A stretch of DNA of 64,000 nucleotides, from the NCBI GenBank assembly GCA_963666365.2, contig CAXXNF010000001.1, positions 128,001 to 192,000 on the forward strand. Reading direction: 5' to 3'. Positions 1-11,461 of the stretch are shown here, in pieces. Every line of letters starts with the position of its first letter. The stretch's first letter is position 1. The translations under genes and the position numbers were made by a program. The DNA comes from Syntrophales bacterium. GTDB taxonomy: Bacteria > Desulfobacterota > Syntrophia > Syntrophales > UBA2210. The notes under the pieces were generated by a model, which made no database searches, was not told the origin of the DNA, and saw only the letters and a program-made list of their open reading frames with translations.

Positions 1-307
1 TTGGGCCGGAATCTGCAGTATAAAAACAGCAACAGAAAAATCCCAAGAATTGATCTCATTGCAATTTTAGCATCAAGCAGGTTGGCGGCGGTTCCAATTC
101 CCTTTATACCTTCTGAAATGGCTAAGCCTCCAGGCGAGGAACCGTTTTTAGTATTGTCTTTCACTGGCTAATCTTTCCTGTAGTCCTTTTAAATCTGCTT
201 TTTGAATATATTCGGTATCATGGAACCTTTCATACCAAGCATACATCCAGTATGGTTGAGTTTTTAGGGCGGTCGGATACTTTCGAATACTGACAATAAG
301 CACAACT

Positions 308-3043
308 TTATCCATTAGCCTCATCCAGCACCTTTCGGACCGTTTTTGCTAAATCCGCCTTGACAACCGGCTTGTAGGCAAATGCTTTGATCCCAATTTG
401 TGCAGCTAAATCATCAGATATTTTTATACTGTAGCCCGTGCAAAGAATGACCGGGATATCTGGTCGAATTTTCATCAGTTCGATGGCCAGATCATCCCCT
501 GTCATGTTCGGCATCGTCATGTCAGTGATAACCAAGTCGAAATCATTGGGTTTGGTGCGAAACAGTTCCAAGGCTTCAACACTACTGGTGCGAACGGCAA
601 CCTGATATCCTAACCGTTCTAAAATCTGGCTGCCCATTTTTGATAGCGGTGCTTCATCGTCAACAAATAAAATACTTTCCGTGCCAGAAGGTAATTTTTC
701 TGATTCATATGGACGATCTGCTCTACGCTCTCCGGTTATGGGCAAATAAATTGTAAAGGTGGTTCCATTTTCCAGTTTGCTGTCCACTGTAATCTTGCCG
801 CCGCAACTCTCGACGATACCATGGACCACGGCGAGCCCCAGACCTGTTCCTTCCCCTGGGCCTTTAGTGGTGAAATAGGGTTCAAAAATTGAGTCAATAA
901 TCTCAGGGGCAATCCCCATACCGGTATCTGAAACCTTTATTTCAATGTAGTTTCCCTGTTTTAGATTCAATATTTTCCTGTGTGTGCTATTATCAATGGC
1001 GCTATCCTTCAGTGTCACCTCAAGGATGCCTCCCCCTTTTTCCATAGCGTGAGCAGCATTGGTGCAAAGATTCATCAATATCTGATGAATTTGAGTCGCA
1101 TTTCCCATAACCAGGGAATCGGTTTCAATGCGCTGTTTGATTTCAATCGTCGTGGGAATGGAGGCTCTGATAAATTTGAGCACCTCTTGGACAATAATAT
1201 CAACCTGAATAGGCTTAAGCTTCTCATCGGATTGCCGTGCAAATGTCAGTATCTGTTTTACAAGATCCTTCGCCCGGTTTCCGGCATGATAGACTTCCTG
1301 CAGATTGTCTTCGATGCTTGTGTCTTTTTCAACCTCATCAAGCGCCAGCTCGGTATAACCAATAACAGATGACAATATATTGTTAAAATCATGGGCGATA
1401 CCTCCGGCAAGGTTGCCGATGGACTCCATTTTCTGGGCCTGGTTAAGCTGTTCCTGCAGCTTCTCCCGTTCCTTCTCGGATTGTTTACGATCGGTGATGT
1501 CGGTGATAATGTGGACAGCGCTGGAAAACTGCCCGGCTGTATCCAAAATTGGGTCCACCGTAACATCAAACCAACCGGCACCGATTTGAAGCTCAATGGT
1601 TTCGCGATGCAGGCTCTCTTTTGCTCGCAGGAATGGACATCCGTCCATAGGCCGGTCCGTGCCATGCACGATTTCCCAACATTGTTTACCAACACTCTGG
1701 CCACTCGATTGCGGGAAAAACCGCCCGGCCACCTTGTTGGACCGCACCACCCGTTGATCACGATCCAGAATCCAGATGACACTGTTTGTGGCATCAAAGG
1801 TAGTCTGCCACTCGTGCGCCGCGCGGATTATGTCCTTCTCGGCCTGCTTGCGTTCGGTGATATCCGTAATGAATGCAAAAGAACCCTGTGCCACCCCCGA
1901 TTCATCCCTTATTGTTGTCGCATTAAAGAATGTGTGGATATCTTCGCCGTTCTTTTTCTTCAGGGTAATCTCATAACTGCGATGCTCTGTAGTAGATATT
2001 TTTGAAGTTTGCTCAATAAAAATCTTTCGATTCTCATCATCGACGAAGTCAAAAGGTTGCTTGCCAAACATTTCATCATGACTGTATCCAAGCATATTGC
2101 AAAGGGACTTGTTAATTTCGACGGTTTAGACTTCAGGATTTAACAGCCAGCAGCCTTCTGATGTGGTTTCAAGCAGGGTTCGGTATTTCTTCTCGCTTTC
2201 TCGCAATGCCATTTCCCCTTTAAATCTCTGTAACAATAACTTTGAAATCAGCAGGCCGGAAATAAGACAGATAAGGAGAGAGATGTTTCTTCCAAACAAA
2301 TCGCGTGGCGAAATATCTGATATCATGGCTTCAAGGAAATTCGCGCTACCTTCATAAAAAGCCAGATAACCAACCAGATAATCAATAAACCAGATAAAAA
2401 GCCCCACCAGAATAGAAGCGCTGACAATATATGTTGTGTTTTTCTGTTCCGGATTTGAATCCAATCCGAAGAATCGCCTTACCGGCACCATGCTGAGCAA
2501 GACATGACACAAGAGTAGCAGGATGTAGGCGGTTACTATGTGCTTGATGGCTACAAAGTGGACCCATGAGTAAGATACATGTGTCCATGTTATTTCAGGC
2601 GCCCAGGCTGGGGGGTTTAACGATACCAGCCATCTGAATACCGTGTAGAATCCCAGTTCACTGAATATCCTGAATAGCAGTTCCACCGCATACGTGTTGT
2701 GATACCATTTGGTTGATTTATGTCTTCTCCGGTAATCCGACCAGATCCCATGCCATACAATCCATAATGTGAATATAGGCACGGCATAAAGAAACCCATA
2801 ACCATCCGACTGCCACAACCACCACATGGATTGACATCCGCCGGCCAAAGCCGTCAAAAGTCCATATCTCCATCCCCAAGCGAGACTAACCAGTAGCGGG
2901 AAAAGCAACCCAATAAGGATGTTGGCTTTGAATTCAACAAATTGTGCAAAGTTTATGGCATAAAAATTGAGAATAAATCCGATGAGTCCAAATAGAATTG
3001 AAATCAGAACTTTAATTTTAAGCCTGGAATTTTCAGATTCCAT
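308..3043 (-). pseudogene. Membrane-bound hybrid sensor histidine kinase (TM-PAS-PAS-HisKA-HATPase-REC) split by one in-frame TAA at 2126-2128
   Basis: ORFs 2126..3043 (multi-TM) and 308..2095 are in the same frame and read ...NPEV*TVEINKSLCNMLGYS..., a continuous PAS motif; H-box AGGIAHDFNN, G-boxes, REC domain. Confidence 0.85.
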
Positions 3044-3367
3044 TTAGGACTCCTTATTATTCATGAAATAATTGAAGTGGTATTCGATGTAATTTTGAGA
3101 AGTTACACATTATTGCATTTAGAAAGTATTCTCTGCCAGATTCATTTTTGCCTATATTCCTGGTATCCTTAACAATAGCCGATCCGACCGGCGGACGTCA
3201 AAACATGTGCTAAACATCAAAATCAAGTGATCATAACATCCAGTATCTTTGAGTTCTTCAGAGACTCCAGATGTTATGCTTGGGATAATTCATACTTGAA
3301 TTCCGCAAAACAAGTTCCTCGTTTTTCGTTTCAACCAGTATCCAGTCACCGGCAACGAGTAACCTCT

Positions 3368-6271
3368 TCATTTGTTCAGCACCTCCCGCACTTTGCGAGC
3401 CAAACCTTCCGGTGAAAACGGCTTTTCGATAAAATTAAGTCCCGGGGCCAGAACACCGTGATGAACAATAGAGTCGTCCGTATATCCGGACATGTAAATT
3501 ATCTTCATTCGTGGATAGAGCGGTTGCAACCGTTCTGCTATTTCCTTACCGTTCATCTTGGGCATCACCACATCAGTGATCAGCAGATCAATCGGCCCAT
3601 CGTGTTCCTTGCTTATTCTCAAGGCATCTTCCCCATTTTCAGCCACAAGTATTCTGTATCCATGGGGCTGGAGAGACTTTTGCGAAAGTTTTCGAAGGCT
3701 ATCATCATCTTCTACAATCAAAACGGTCTCAGAACCGTCAAATTTGATTACAGGGGTTTGTTCTTTCTCCTCCCCCTTAACATCTCCCTTCACCTTGGGC
3801 AGATAAACCTTGAAGGTGGAACCCTGTCCAGGTTCACTGTAGACCCAAATAAAACCATTATTTTGTTTGACAATGCCGTAGATCGTGGACAAGCCCAATC
3901 CCGTGCCCTTGCCTTTCTCTTTGGTGGTATAGAAAGGATCAAAGGCATGTTTCTGGGTTTCTTTGTCCATCCCAATGCCGGTATCGCTTACACTCAGCAC
4001 CACATAAGAGCCAAGATGTTTTTCAACAATGCCGTGATCGGTAAAATAGTTCTCGTCCAGATCCATGTTGACCGTTTCAATGGTGAGCTTGCCTCCATTG
4101 GGCATGGCGTCCTTGGCATTGACCACCAGGTTCATGATCACCTGCTCCATCTGTCCGGGATCTATCTCTACCTTCCATAAGGCAGATTCCGGGATCATCA
4201 GAATCTCAATATCCTCTTCAATCAGGCGGACAAACATCTTTTCTATACCTGTCAATAATTTATTCAGATCGAGAATCTTAGGCTGGACAATCTGTTTGCG
4301 GCTGAAGGCCAGAAGCTGGCGGGTCAAAGCGGCTGCCCTTTCCCCGGCTAACTTGATCTCCTCTATCTCCTCAGTTAAGGGTTTATCAGTGTCGACAGTC
4401 ATTAACATAAGGTCAGCATACCCGATGATGGTGGTCAGTATATTGTTGAAATCATGGGCCACACCGCCTGCCAGGGTGCCGATGGCCTCCATTTTCTGAG
4501 ATTGAATAAGCTGTTTCTCAAGGCGCTTGGATTCCGTTATATCAATAAATGCCGCCCGGGTCCCTGTTACCTTGCCGGATTCATCTTTTTCAGGCACCGC
4601 ATGGAGCGTTGTATTGATGACCTGCCCGTTTTTTGCCACTATATCTCTTCGATCTTCAATGAAATTGCCATTTAGTGCCAGTTCATAGCCGCCTTCACTT
4701 GATTTTTGTCTCGATTCAGGAGCATAAAATTTATCAAGCGGCTGCCCGACAACTTCATCGCGGGAATAACCGGTTTTATACAGGAACAGCTTGTTAACGT
4801 CAGTAATTATCGATAACGAATTAAGATTTTCAGTTATCACGTACATAATCGGCGCATCATTAAAATGGTTAAAATATTTTATTCTATTCCTTCGCTTTAC
4901 CTCCTTGACCTGGTATCTTTCAGTGATGTGTCCTATTCTCTCGGCAATGGCGTTGATTAAACTTATTTCTTCTCCGAGAGAAGGTTCCTCATCTATTTCC
5001 GATTTTCCTTCTAAGCAATAGATTTCCAAAACCCCCATTCGTTTGTCATTTATAAAAATATCACTTGAAAGTTTCGGGTTAGTTTCTTTAAAATTTTTTG
5101 TTTTGTATTCTTTTCCATCAAGGAGGATGCGGGAACAAGTATTTTCCGGATACATCAGGGAGGAAGGAATTAAATCAACCGTACCCTGAATTAACTCATC
5201 CAAGGAAATATTAGGAGTTTCATCAAGTTTAGAGATACCATATAAGCAATTCAGTTCCTTAACACGTTCCCTAAGATCATGCGTTTTCTTTTTTAGTTCG
5301 TCCTCCATCCGCTTTCGTTCGGTGATATCTTGCAGGAATGCACAAATAAATCCTTGTTCCCCAGCTTGGTATTGTTGGTTTATTTCGATGTCAAAAATAC
5401 TTCCGTCCTTCCGACGATGCTTGCTCTCAAAGCGACTTTTGCCTTGAGCAATGACCATTTGAATTCGAGCGGCAATTGCCTCAGAGGTCTCAGACGATTC
5501 CAAATCGGAAATACTCATGGTCAGAAGTTCCTGTTCGCTATAGCCGCTCATCCGGCAATACTCTTCACTTACTTCCATTAAACGGCCATCCAAATCCACC
5601 AACCAGAATCCGTGCATGACCGTTTTGAGAATCATCGCGTGCAGTTTCTCGCTCTCCCGCATCTTCTCCCCTGATTGTTTTTGCTTAGAGCTTTCAATGA
5701 TTTCCCACCTATTTTCCCGTTTGACAAGAGCGAATTGATGATTGGCGATTACATCCATGATTTCGGTTGCCCCACATTTGTCAAGAGAGTAGGAACAAAC
5801 CGCAAGCATTTTATAGTTCCCAATGATATCATTTATCATTTCTTCATACTCAGTAAAGCCTCTCCAATCCTTATCTTCAAGCCAAAAAGTATTTTCTGAA
5901 AGGCGAAGACCATCAAATCCTCTTTCCAGAGCTTGTTTCTCTTTCTCAACCCAGCCGTCCAGAACGTCATTAGCATCGAACCTCCCCGATTTAGTATACC
6001 ACTGGCTATAACCCAGGATCTCTATCTGGCCTTTTTCAATATAGTCATCCAGATTCCTCACGACTTTTTTTAGGCTTGCCTTTGCTTTTTTTTCATTTAG
6101 AGGGTCAGCGGTAATCCACATACAGAATTCATTGCTTTCCAATCCTGCTTTGAAATAGGGAACCAGGATATCAATCAAATCCTCTGAGGTCTGGTAAAAT
6201 TGACAGAAATGTGTGCTCCAGGAAGCATTACCAATAAGATCGATTCCTGTTTTTCTAAGCTCTTTTTCCAT
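3368..6271 (-). CDS. MEDS-PAS-PAS hybrid histidine kinase with C-terminal receiver
   Basis: N-term 'KTGIDLIGNASWSTHFCQFYQT...GLRL' MEDS-like; AGGVAHDFNN; TGLGLST; DLLITDVVMP. Confidence 0.9.
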   Translation of the reverse strand: MEKELRKTGIDLIGNASWSTHFCQFYQTSEDLIDILVPYFKAGLESNEFCMWITADPLNEKKAKASLKKVVRNLDDYIEKGQIEILGYSQWYTKSGRFDANDVLDGWVEKEKQALERGFDGLRLSENTFWLEDKDWRGFTEYEEMINDIIGNYKMLAVCSYSLDKCGATEIMDVIANHQFALVKRENRWEIIESSKQKQSGEKMRESEKLHAMILKTVMHGFWLVDLDGRLMEVSEEYCRMSGYSEQELLTMSISDLESSETSEAIAARIQMVIAQGKSRFESKHRRKDGSIFDIEINQQYQAGEQGFICAFLQDITERKRMEDELKKKTHDLRERVKELNCLYGISKLDETPNISLDELIQGTVDLIPSSLMYPENTCSRILLDGKEYKTKNFKETNPKLSSDIFINDKRMGVLEIYCLEGKSEIDEEPSLGEEISLINAIAERIGHITERYQVKEVKRRNRIKYFNHFNDAPIMYVITENLNSLSIITDVNKLFLYKTGYSRDEVVGQPLDKFYAPESRQKSSEGGYELALNGNFIEDRRDIVAKNGQVINTTLHAVPEKDESGKVTGTRAAFIDITESKRLEKQLIQSQKMEAIGTLAGGVAHDFNNILTTIIGYADLMLMTVDTDKPLTEEIEEIKLAGERAAALTRQLLAFSRKQIVQPKILDLNKLLTGIEKMFVRLIEEDIEILMIPESALWKVEIDPGQMEQVIMNLVVNAKDAMPNGGKLTIETVNMDLDENYFTDHGIVEKHLGSYVVLSVSDTGIGMDKETQKHAFDPFYTTKEKGKGTGLGLSTIYGIVKQNNGFIWVYSEPGQGSTFKVYLPKVKGDVKGEEKEQTPVIKFDGSETVLIVEDDDSLRKLSQKSLQPHGYRILVAENGEDALRISKEHDGPIDLLITDVVMPKMNGKEIAERLQPLYPRMKIIYMSGYTDDSIVHHGVLAPGLNFIEKPFSPEGLARKVREVLNK

Positions 6272-6694
6272 TTTTGGTTCCTCCTACAGTGGGTCGATGA
6301 GATCACAGATTTTATACTCGTTTCCTTGCTAATACTTGCATTTATCTGATCGTGCCCATTACCGCAATTGCATTGATGCCTACATCCAGTATCCTTGAGA
6401 TTTTAGAACGGTCAGATTCTCAACCATGGCATAATTAATCATGAACGGAGCCTTTCGCTTCATCCAGCACTTTTCGAACTGTTTTGGCTAAATCAGATTT
6501 AACCATTGGCTTGTAGGCAAAGGCTTTGATCCCGAGTTCTGAGGCTTTTTCATCAGCAATCCTTTTGCTGTACCCTGTGCAGAGTATCACAGGGATATTG
6601 CGCCGTAACCGTACGACCAACTCATCTTTCGCTTGAACGCACATTGGATTATAGCTTCCCGTCATGAACACATTTCATGATTGGAGGATGCCCT

Positions 6695-7006
6695 ATGACA
6701 CAACAAGAACGCACCGCCCACTGGTCGGCCATCGTAGAGCGGCAGATCGCAAGCGGGATGAGCGGTCTGGCCTGGTGCCAGATGCATCAGATCAATACGG
6801 CAAGTTTCTACTCCTGGCGCCGGAAACTCACTGAACCGCAAGGACAACAGGGATTTATCGAACTTGCATCCTCGACGGCCGACTATGCCGGCATTCGCAT
6901 TTGCATGGGGCCGCTTCTTTCCATCGAAGTGGAACGCGGCTTCGATCCCGTTACCCTGCGCACCGTTATTGAAACGCTTCATAATGGTTCCCCATGTTCG
7001 GCCTGA
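6695..7006 (+). CDS. tnpA: IS66 accessory protein TnpA
   Basis: HTH 'SGMSGLAWCQMHQINTASFYSWRRKL'; GGAGG RBS before ATG 6695. Confidence 0.9.
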   Translation: MTQQERTAHWSAIVERQIASGMSGLAWCQMHQINTASFYSWRRKLTEPQGQQGFIELASSTADYAGIRICMGPLLSIEVERGFDPVTLRTVIETLHNGSPCSA

Positions 7007-7335
7007 CAGCATCGGCACGCATCTATCTTTATCGCAGCCCCTGCGACATGCGCAAGTCCTTCGACGGCCTGTGCGGCATTGTCCGCGCCGAACTTAGCGC
7101 CGATCCCCTTTCGGGATCACTCTTCGTCTTCGTCAACCGGCGGCGGAACATGGTGAAGCTCCTGTACTGGGACAGCGACGGCATGGCCATCTGGCTGAAA
7201 CGTCTGGAGCAGGGGTCCTTCGTGCTGCCTTCCCGGCAGTCCCGCGACGGTCATATCGAGCGCCGGGATCTGGCCATGCTCCTTGAGGGAATCGTGCCGA
7301 AAAAAGTGGGAAAACGGTACAAAATATGTGCATAA
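6994..7335 (+). CDS. tnpB: IS66 accessory protein TnpB
   Basis: DMRKSFDGL, FVFVNRRR, KLLYWD, KRLEQG motifs. Confidence 0.95.
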   Translation: MFGLTASARIYLYRSPCDMRKSFDGLCGIVRAELSADPLSGSLFVFVNRRRNMVKLLYWDSDGMAIWLKRLEQGSFVLPSRQSRDGHIERRDLAMLLEGIVPKKVGKRYKICA

Positions 7336-7351
7336 AAAATAATATAAACAC

Positions 7352-7380
7352 TTGACATTATTATAGTTATGTGCTATACG
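7352..7380 (+). promoter_or_regulatory. Sigma70-like promoter inside IS66, upstream of tnpC
   Basis: TTGACA-17 nt-TATACG with extended -10 TG, ending 7 nt before the tnpC ATG. Confidence 0.6.
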
Positions 7381-7387
7381 CCCGCTC

Positions 7388-8998
7388 ATGATATTGACGG
7401 AAGCACAAGAGATTATCGACCGAAAAGATGCTGCCTGGATTCTGGAATTTGCCGCCCAAAAGGATGCCCAGATCGAAGCGCTTACCCAGAAGCTCGAATC
7501 CGCCCAGCGCCAGTTGACCACCCTGCAGCATCAGATGGAACAGCTGCTGAAACGGCTCTACGGCCGCAAGTCCGAAAAGATCAACCCCGGTCAGCTGATG
7601 TTCGACGACATGGTGCTTCAATCATTAGAGCAGAATGCGGCGGTGAAAGCACAGTTCGAAGACGCTTCTGCCACAGAGACTGTCAAGAAGCCCCGCAAGG
7701 CCTCCCGGCATCACGGCCGGGTTCCCATTCCGGAGCATCTCGAACGGGTGGAGATTCTGCTGGACGTGCCCGAGGATGAAAAGATCGATGCGGACACGGG
7801 CGCACCCCTGAAGGTCATTTCCGTGGAAGTCTCGGAGAAGCTGGAATACCGGCCGGGGAGACTGATCGTCAACGTCTACAAGCGGCCCCAGTATGCGCTG
7901 CCGGAGGCATCGGAATCTACCGCCGGCGTCATCGCCGCCTCGCTGCCCGATCACCCCATCGCCAAGTGCAAAGCCGACGTGGGGCTGCTTTCTCATCTGA
8001 TCGTCAGCAAGTACGCCGATCATCTGCCTCTCTACCGACAGAACAGCATTCTGGAGCGGGAAGGAGTGGACATTCCCCGGGCCACCCAAACCAGCTGGCT
8101 CATGCAGGTCTATGAGAGCATTCGTCCCTTGGAAACAGTGCTTCAAAAGGCCGTCCTTGAGAGGGACGTGCTCTTTACCGACGATACGCCCGTTCCTCTG
8201 CAGGTCAAGGGAAACGGCAAGGTAAAGAAGGCCCGTCTCTGGGTCTATCTGCGGGGCGGTCCGGGACCGCCGCTGACGGCCTATGACTTCTCCATTGATC
8301 GGAGCAAGACGCGCCCACTGGAGTATCTCAATGATTACCAGGGGTACGTCCATGCCGACGCCTACGGCGGCTACGACGAACTTTTCAAAAAAGAAGAGAT
8401 TATCGAAGTGGGTTGCTGGGCCCATACCAGACGGAAGTTCGACGAGGCGGTTTCATCGCGTCCTCAAGAGGCCACGGACATCCTTGCCCGCATCGCCCGG
8501 CTCTATCACGAGGTGGAGACCCCCTGTGCCGAGATGACGCCCGAGGAGCGGCGCCGTTTCCGGCAGGCGCATGCAACGCCGCTGCTTGAGGGAATCTTTG
8601 CAAAGATTGAGGAACTGAGGCCCCGGACGACGCCCTCGGAGCCGTTGCGGACGGCCATCAACTACGCCCTGAATCAGCGGGAGGCGCTCTGCCGCTATCT
8701 GAAAGACGGACGGTTAAGACCCGACAACAACCTGGCGGAAAACGCCATTCGGCCCATAGCGGTAGGTCGAAAAAACTGGCTCTTCGTGGGCAGCGAACGG
8801 GGCGGCCGGGCGGCGGCCCTTTATATGGGTCTCGTTCAATCTTGCAAAAACTGCGACGTCAACCCCTGGGAGTACTTTGACGACATGCTTCGGCGGATCA
8901 TGAGCCATCCCGTAAACCGCCTGCGGGAACTGCTTCCCGATCAGTGGAAGCCTGTGCCCAGGGATGAACGGGGCCTGATCATCCAGGGAAAACAATAA
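7388..8998 (+). CDS. tnpC: IS66 DDE transposase TnpC
   Basis: KYADHLPLYRQ, DDTPV, CWAHTRRKF, DNNLAENAIR, GRKNWLF motifs. Confidence 0.97.
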   Translation: MILTEAQEIIDRKDAAWILEFAAQKDAQIEALTQKLESAQRQLTTLQHQMEQLLKRLYGRKSEKINPGQLMFDDMVLQSLEQNAAVKAQFEDASATETVKKPRKASRHHGRVPIPEHLERVEILLDVPEDEKIDADTGAPLKVISVEVSEKLEYRPGRLIVNVYKRPQYALPEASESTAGVIAASLPDHPIAKCKADVGLLSHLIVSKYADHLPLYRQNSILEREGVDIPRATQTSWLMQVYESIRPLETVLQKAVLERDVLFTDDTPVPLQVKGNGKVKKARLWVYLRGGPGPPLTAYDFSIDRSKTRPLEYLNDYQGYVHADAYGGYDELFKKEEIIEVGCWAHTRRKFDEAVSSRPQEATDILARIARLYHEVETPCAEMTPEERRRFRQAHATPLLEGIFAKIEELRPRTTPSEPLRTAINYALNQREALCRYLKDGRLRPDNNLAENAIRPIAVGRKNWLFVGSERGGRAAALYMGLVQSCKNCDVNPWEYFDDMLRRIMSHPVNRLRELLPDQWKPVPRDERGLIIQGKQ

Positions 8999-11461
8999 TC
9001 AGTGCACCGTATTCCGGCGGTTGAATCCCGTAATCATATTATCAAAGAGCACCGGCTGTACCGGTTTTAGGTACAGCGTACTTCATGTAAAATTCTTTTG
9101 CTATATGAGTTGGTCGTACGCTTACATTGCGCCGGACTTTCAATAATTCAATCGCCAATTGCTCACCGGTCAAGTTCGGCATGGTCATGTCAGTAATAAC
9201 AAGATCAAACTCATTGGGCTTTGCCTGGAAAAGTTCCAGCGCCTCAATACTGCTTGTCCTTGTCGTCACCTTATACCCCAAACGCTCGAGCGCCAGTTGG
9301 CCCATTTTGGCAATGGGCAGTTCGTCATCGACAAACAGGATTTTCTCGTTACCATGTGGTAACGCTCCAGGTTGATAGGGATGCATGACCTCCTGCCTTC
9401 GGGTGACCGGCAGCAGTATCGTAAAGGTCGATCCTTGCCCCGGCTGGCTTTCTGCTATTATGGTACCACCGTATTTCTTCACCGTGCCGTGCACTGAGGC
9501 GAGTCCCAAACCGGTGCCTCTTCCGGTTTGCTTGGTGGTGTAGTACGGTTCAAAGATGAATTTAATTTTCTCTGGATCAATACCGTCACCCGTATCGGAT
9601 ACAGTAATTTTCACATGATCACCCGGCCCGAGAAGCTTGTGATCCTCCGCAAAAGATTGATCGACGACAACACTGGATACGGCAATCTCCAATATCCCAC
9701 CATTCGTTTCCATCGCATCCATAGAATTGGTTGCAAGATTCATTAGCACTTGCTGCAACAGCGTCGCATTGCCGATAACGAGAGAATCACTGTTTATCAT
9801 TTTTCTGATTTCAATATCAGTAGGAGCGGACGATCGAATCAGCTTGAGCGTTTCTCTTACTATTTCCCCGATATTGACGGGTTTGACCTCCTCGTTGGTT
9901 TGCCTTGCAAATGCCAGTATCTGGCTTACCAACTCTTTGGCCCTTTTTCCGGCCGTGTAGACCTCTTGCAGATTGTCTTCCAAATTTGATCCCTTTGTCA
10001 CCTCGTCGAGCGATAGTTCCGTAAATCCGATGATGGACGATAAAATATTGTTGAAATCATGAGCAATACCCCCTGCAAGATTGCCGATGGATTCAAGTTT
10101 CTGTGCCTGGCGCAGTTGGTCTTCAAGCCTTAAACGCTCAGTAATGTCTTCTAACATCTCGATAGCGGCTGTCACTTCACCATCATCGCTGGTTATTGGT
10201 GAAGATATTATCCGGTAGCTCCGGGTTTCCCCCGCATGCGTTTTATCGATTATGGCCTCATGCGTTTTGCCGTCTCGCAGCGTCTGTGCCGTCGGGCAGG
10301 AATCGCAAATGCTGTCGCGCGGCGGATCGTTAAAAACGCTGTGACAGATCAGAAGATTGCCTGGATCAACGCCGTGAAACCATTGACGCATCTGGCGATT
10401 GAGTTCCAGTACCTCCATCTTGGGACTGATCAGCGCCACTCCGATCCCGATATTATCCACCATTGACTTAAATTTCTCCTGGCTATCCTTCAGCAGTTTT
10501 TCGGCTACGCTGCGGTCTGTTATGTCCACAATTGCACCAATCAGACCCGTGACAGATCCGATCTTGTCCGAAAATGCAGACTTATAGAAAATAACATCTC
10601 GCATTTCTTCTTGGGCAGTTTTAACTTGAGACTCGTATTGCTGTGAGCCGCCGTATTTAAGCAATTGCTCATCTTGAGCGTGATATCTTGCTGCAAGGTC
10701 TGGTGGATCGATATCGAAAACACTTTTTCCTATTAGTTCTTCCCTTGTTCTACCGAAAAATGTCTCGAAAGCTTTATTGAATCCGAGGTATCGCCCATCC
10801 CTGTCCTTGTAAAAAACGGGGATGGGTATCGCATCGATCAGTGTGCGGGAAAAAGCCTCTTGTTCCCGCAGTTTATTCTCCGTTTGCTTGAGCGCGGTGA
10901 TATCGCTGACAGCTACCCGGATCTCACCGATATCCTTGTCCTTGGTTTTTATGACCAAGCATTCCAAGCGGACGTAAAACTTATGCCCATCCTTTTTCAC
11001 AAACCGCAGTGCGCATACCTGGGGCGTTTCTGTTTTCAAGAGGCGCTGCTTATGTTTATAGTAAATGTCTTGATCATCCTTCAGGATAAATTGAGTAAGA
11101 GGCTTTCCGATCAAGACACTCCGATCCACTTTTAACATGGATGCGATAGTCAAGTTGGCCTCTTCGATAATCCCCTTTTCACTGATCGCAAAATACCCCA
11201 CCGGCGAAAAGTCATACAAATGCGAATAGCGGTTTCGCGTCTTTTCAAGCTCACCTTGAGTGCGACGGAGCTCCTCGTTTTGCATCTCAAGTTCGATCTG
11301 GTGTACGCGAAGCTCATGGATCAAGGACGCAATGTCTTCCGGGGATTTTTCTGAAAGATCGTCGTTGTCGTCGTCGTCGGTTTCTTTCAGGGTCTTTTCG
11401 GCAAGCCGCCTCAGTTTGGCTTTGTCGGCGGAAATTGTTTCTTTGTCCATCTTTAACCCCT

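Larger units (their letters stand above)
6605..9125 (+). mobile_element. Complete IS66-family element
   Basis: Terminal IRs GTAACCGTACGACCAACTCAT / ATGAGTTGGTCGTACGCTTAC (20/21); 8-bp target duplication ATTGCGCC at 6597-6604 and 9126-9133; tnpA-tnpB-tnpC. Confidence 0.97.
6435..11450 (-). pseudogene. PAS hybrid histidine kinase interrupted in its receiver domain by IS66
   Basis: 9126..11450 ends ...AIELLKVRRN and continues at 6604..6435 as IPVILCTGYS...KVLDEAKGSVHD; removing the IS and one TSD copy restores the frame. Confidence 0.92.
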
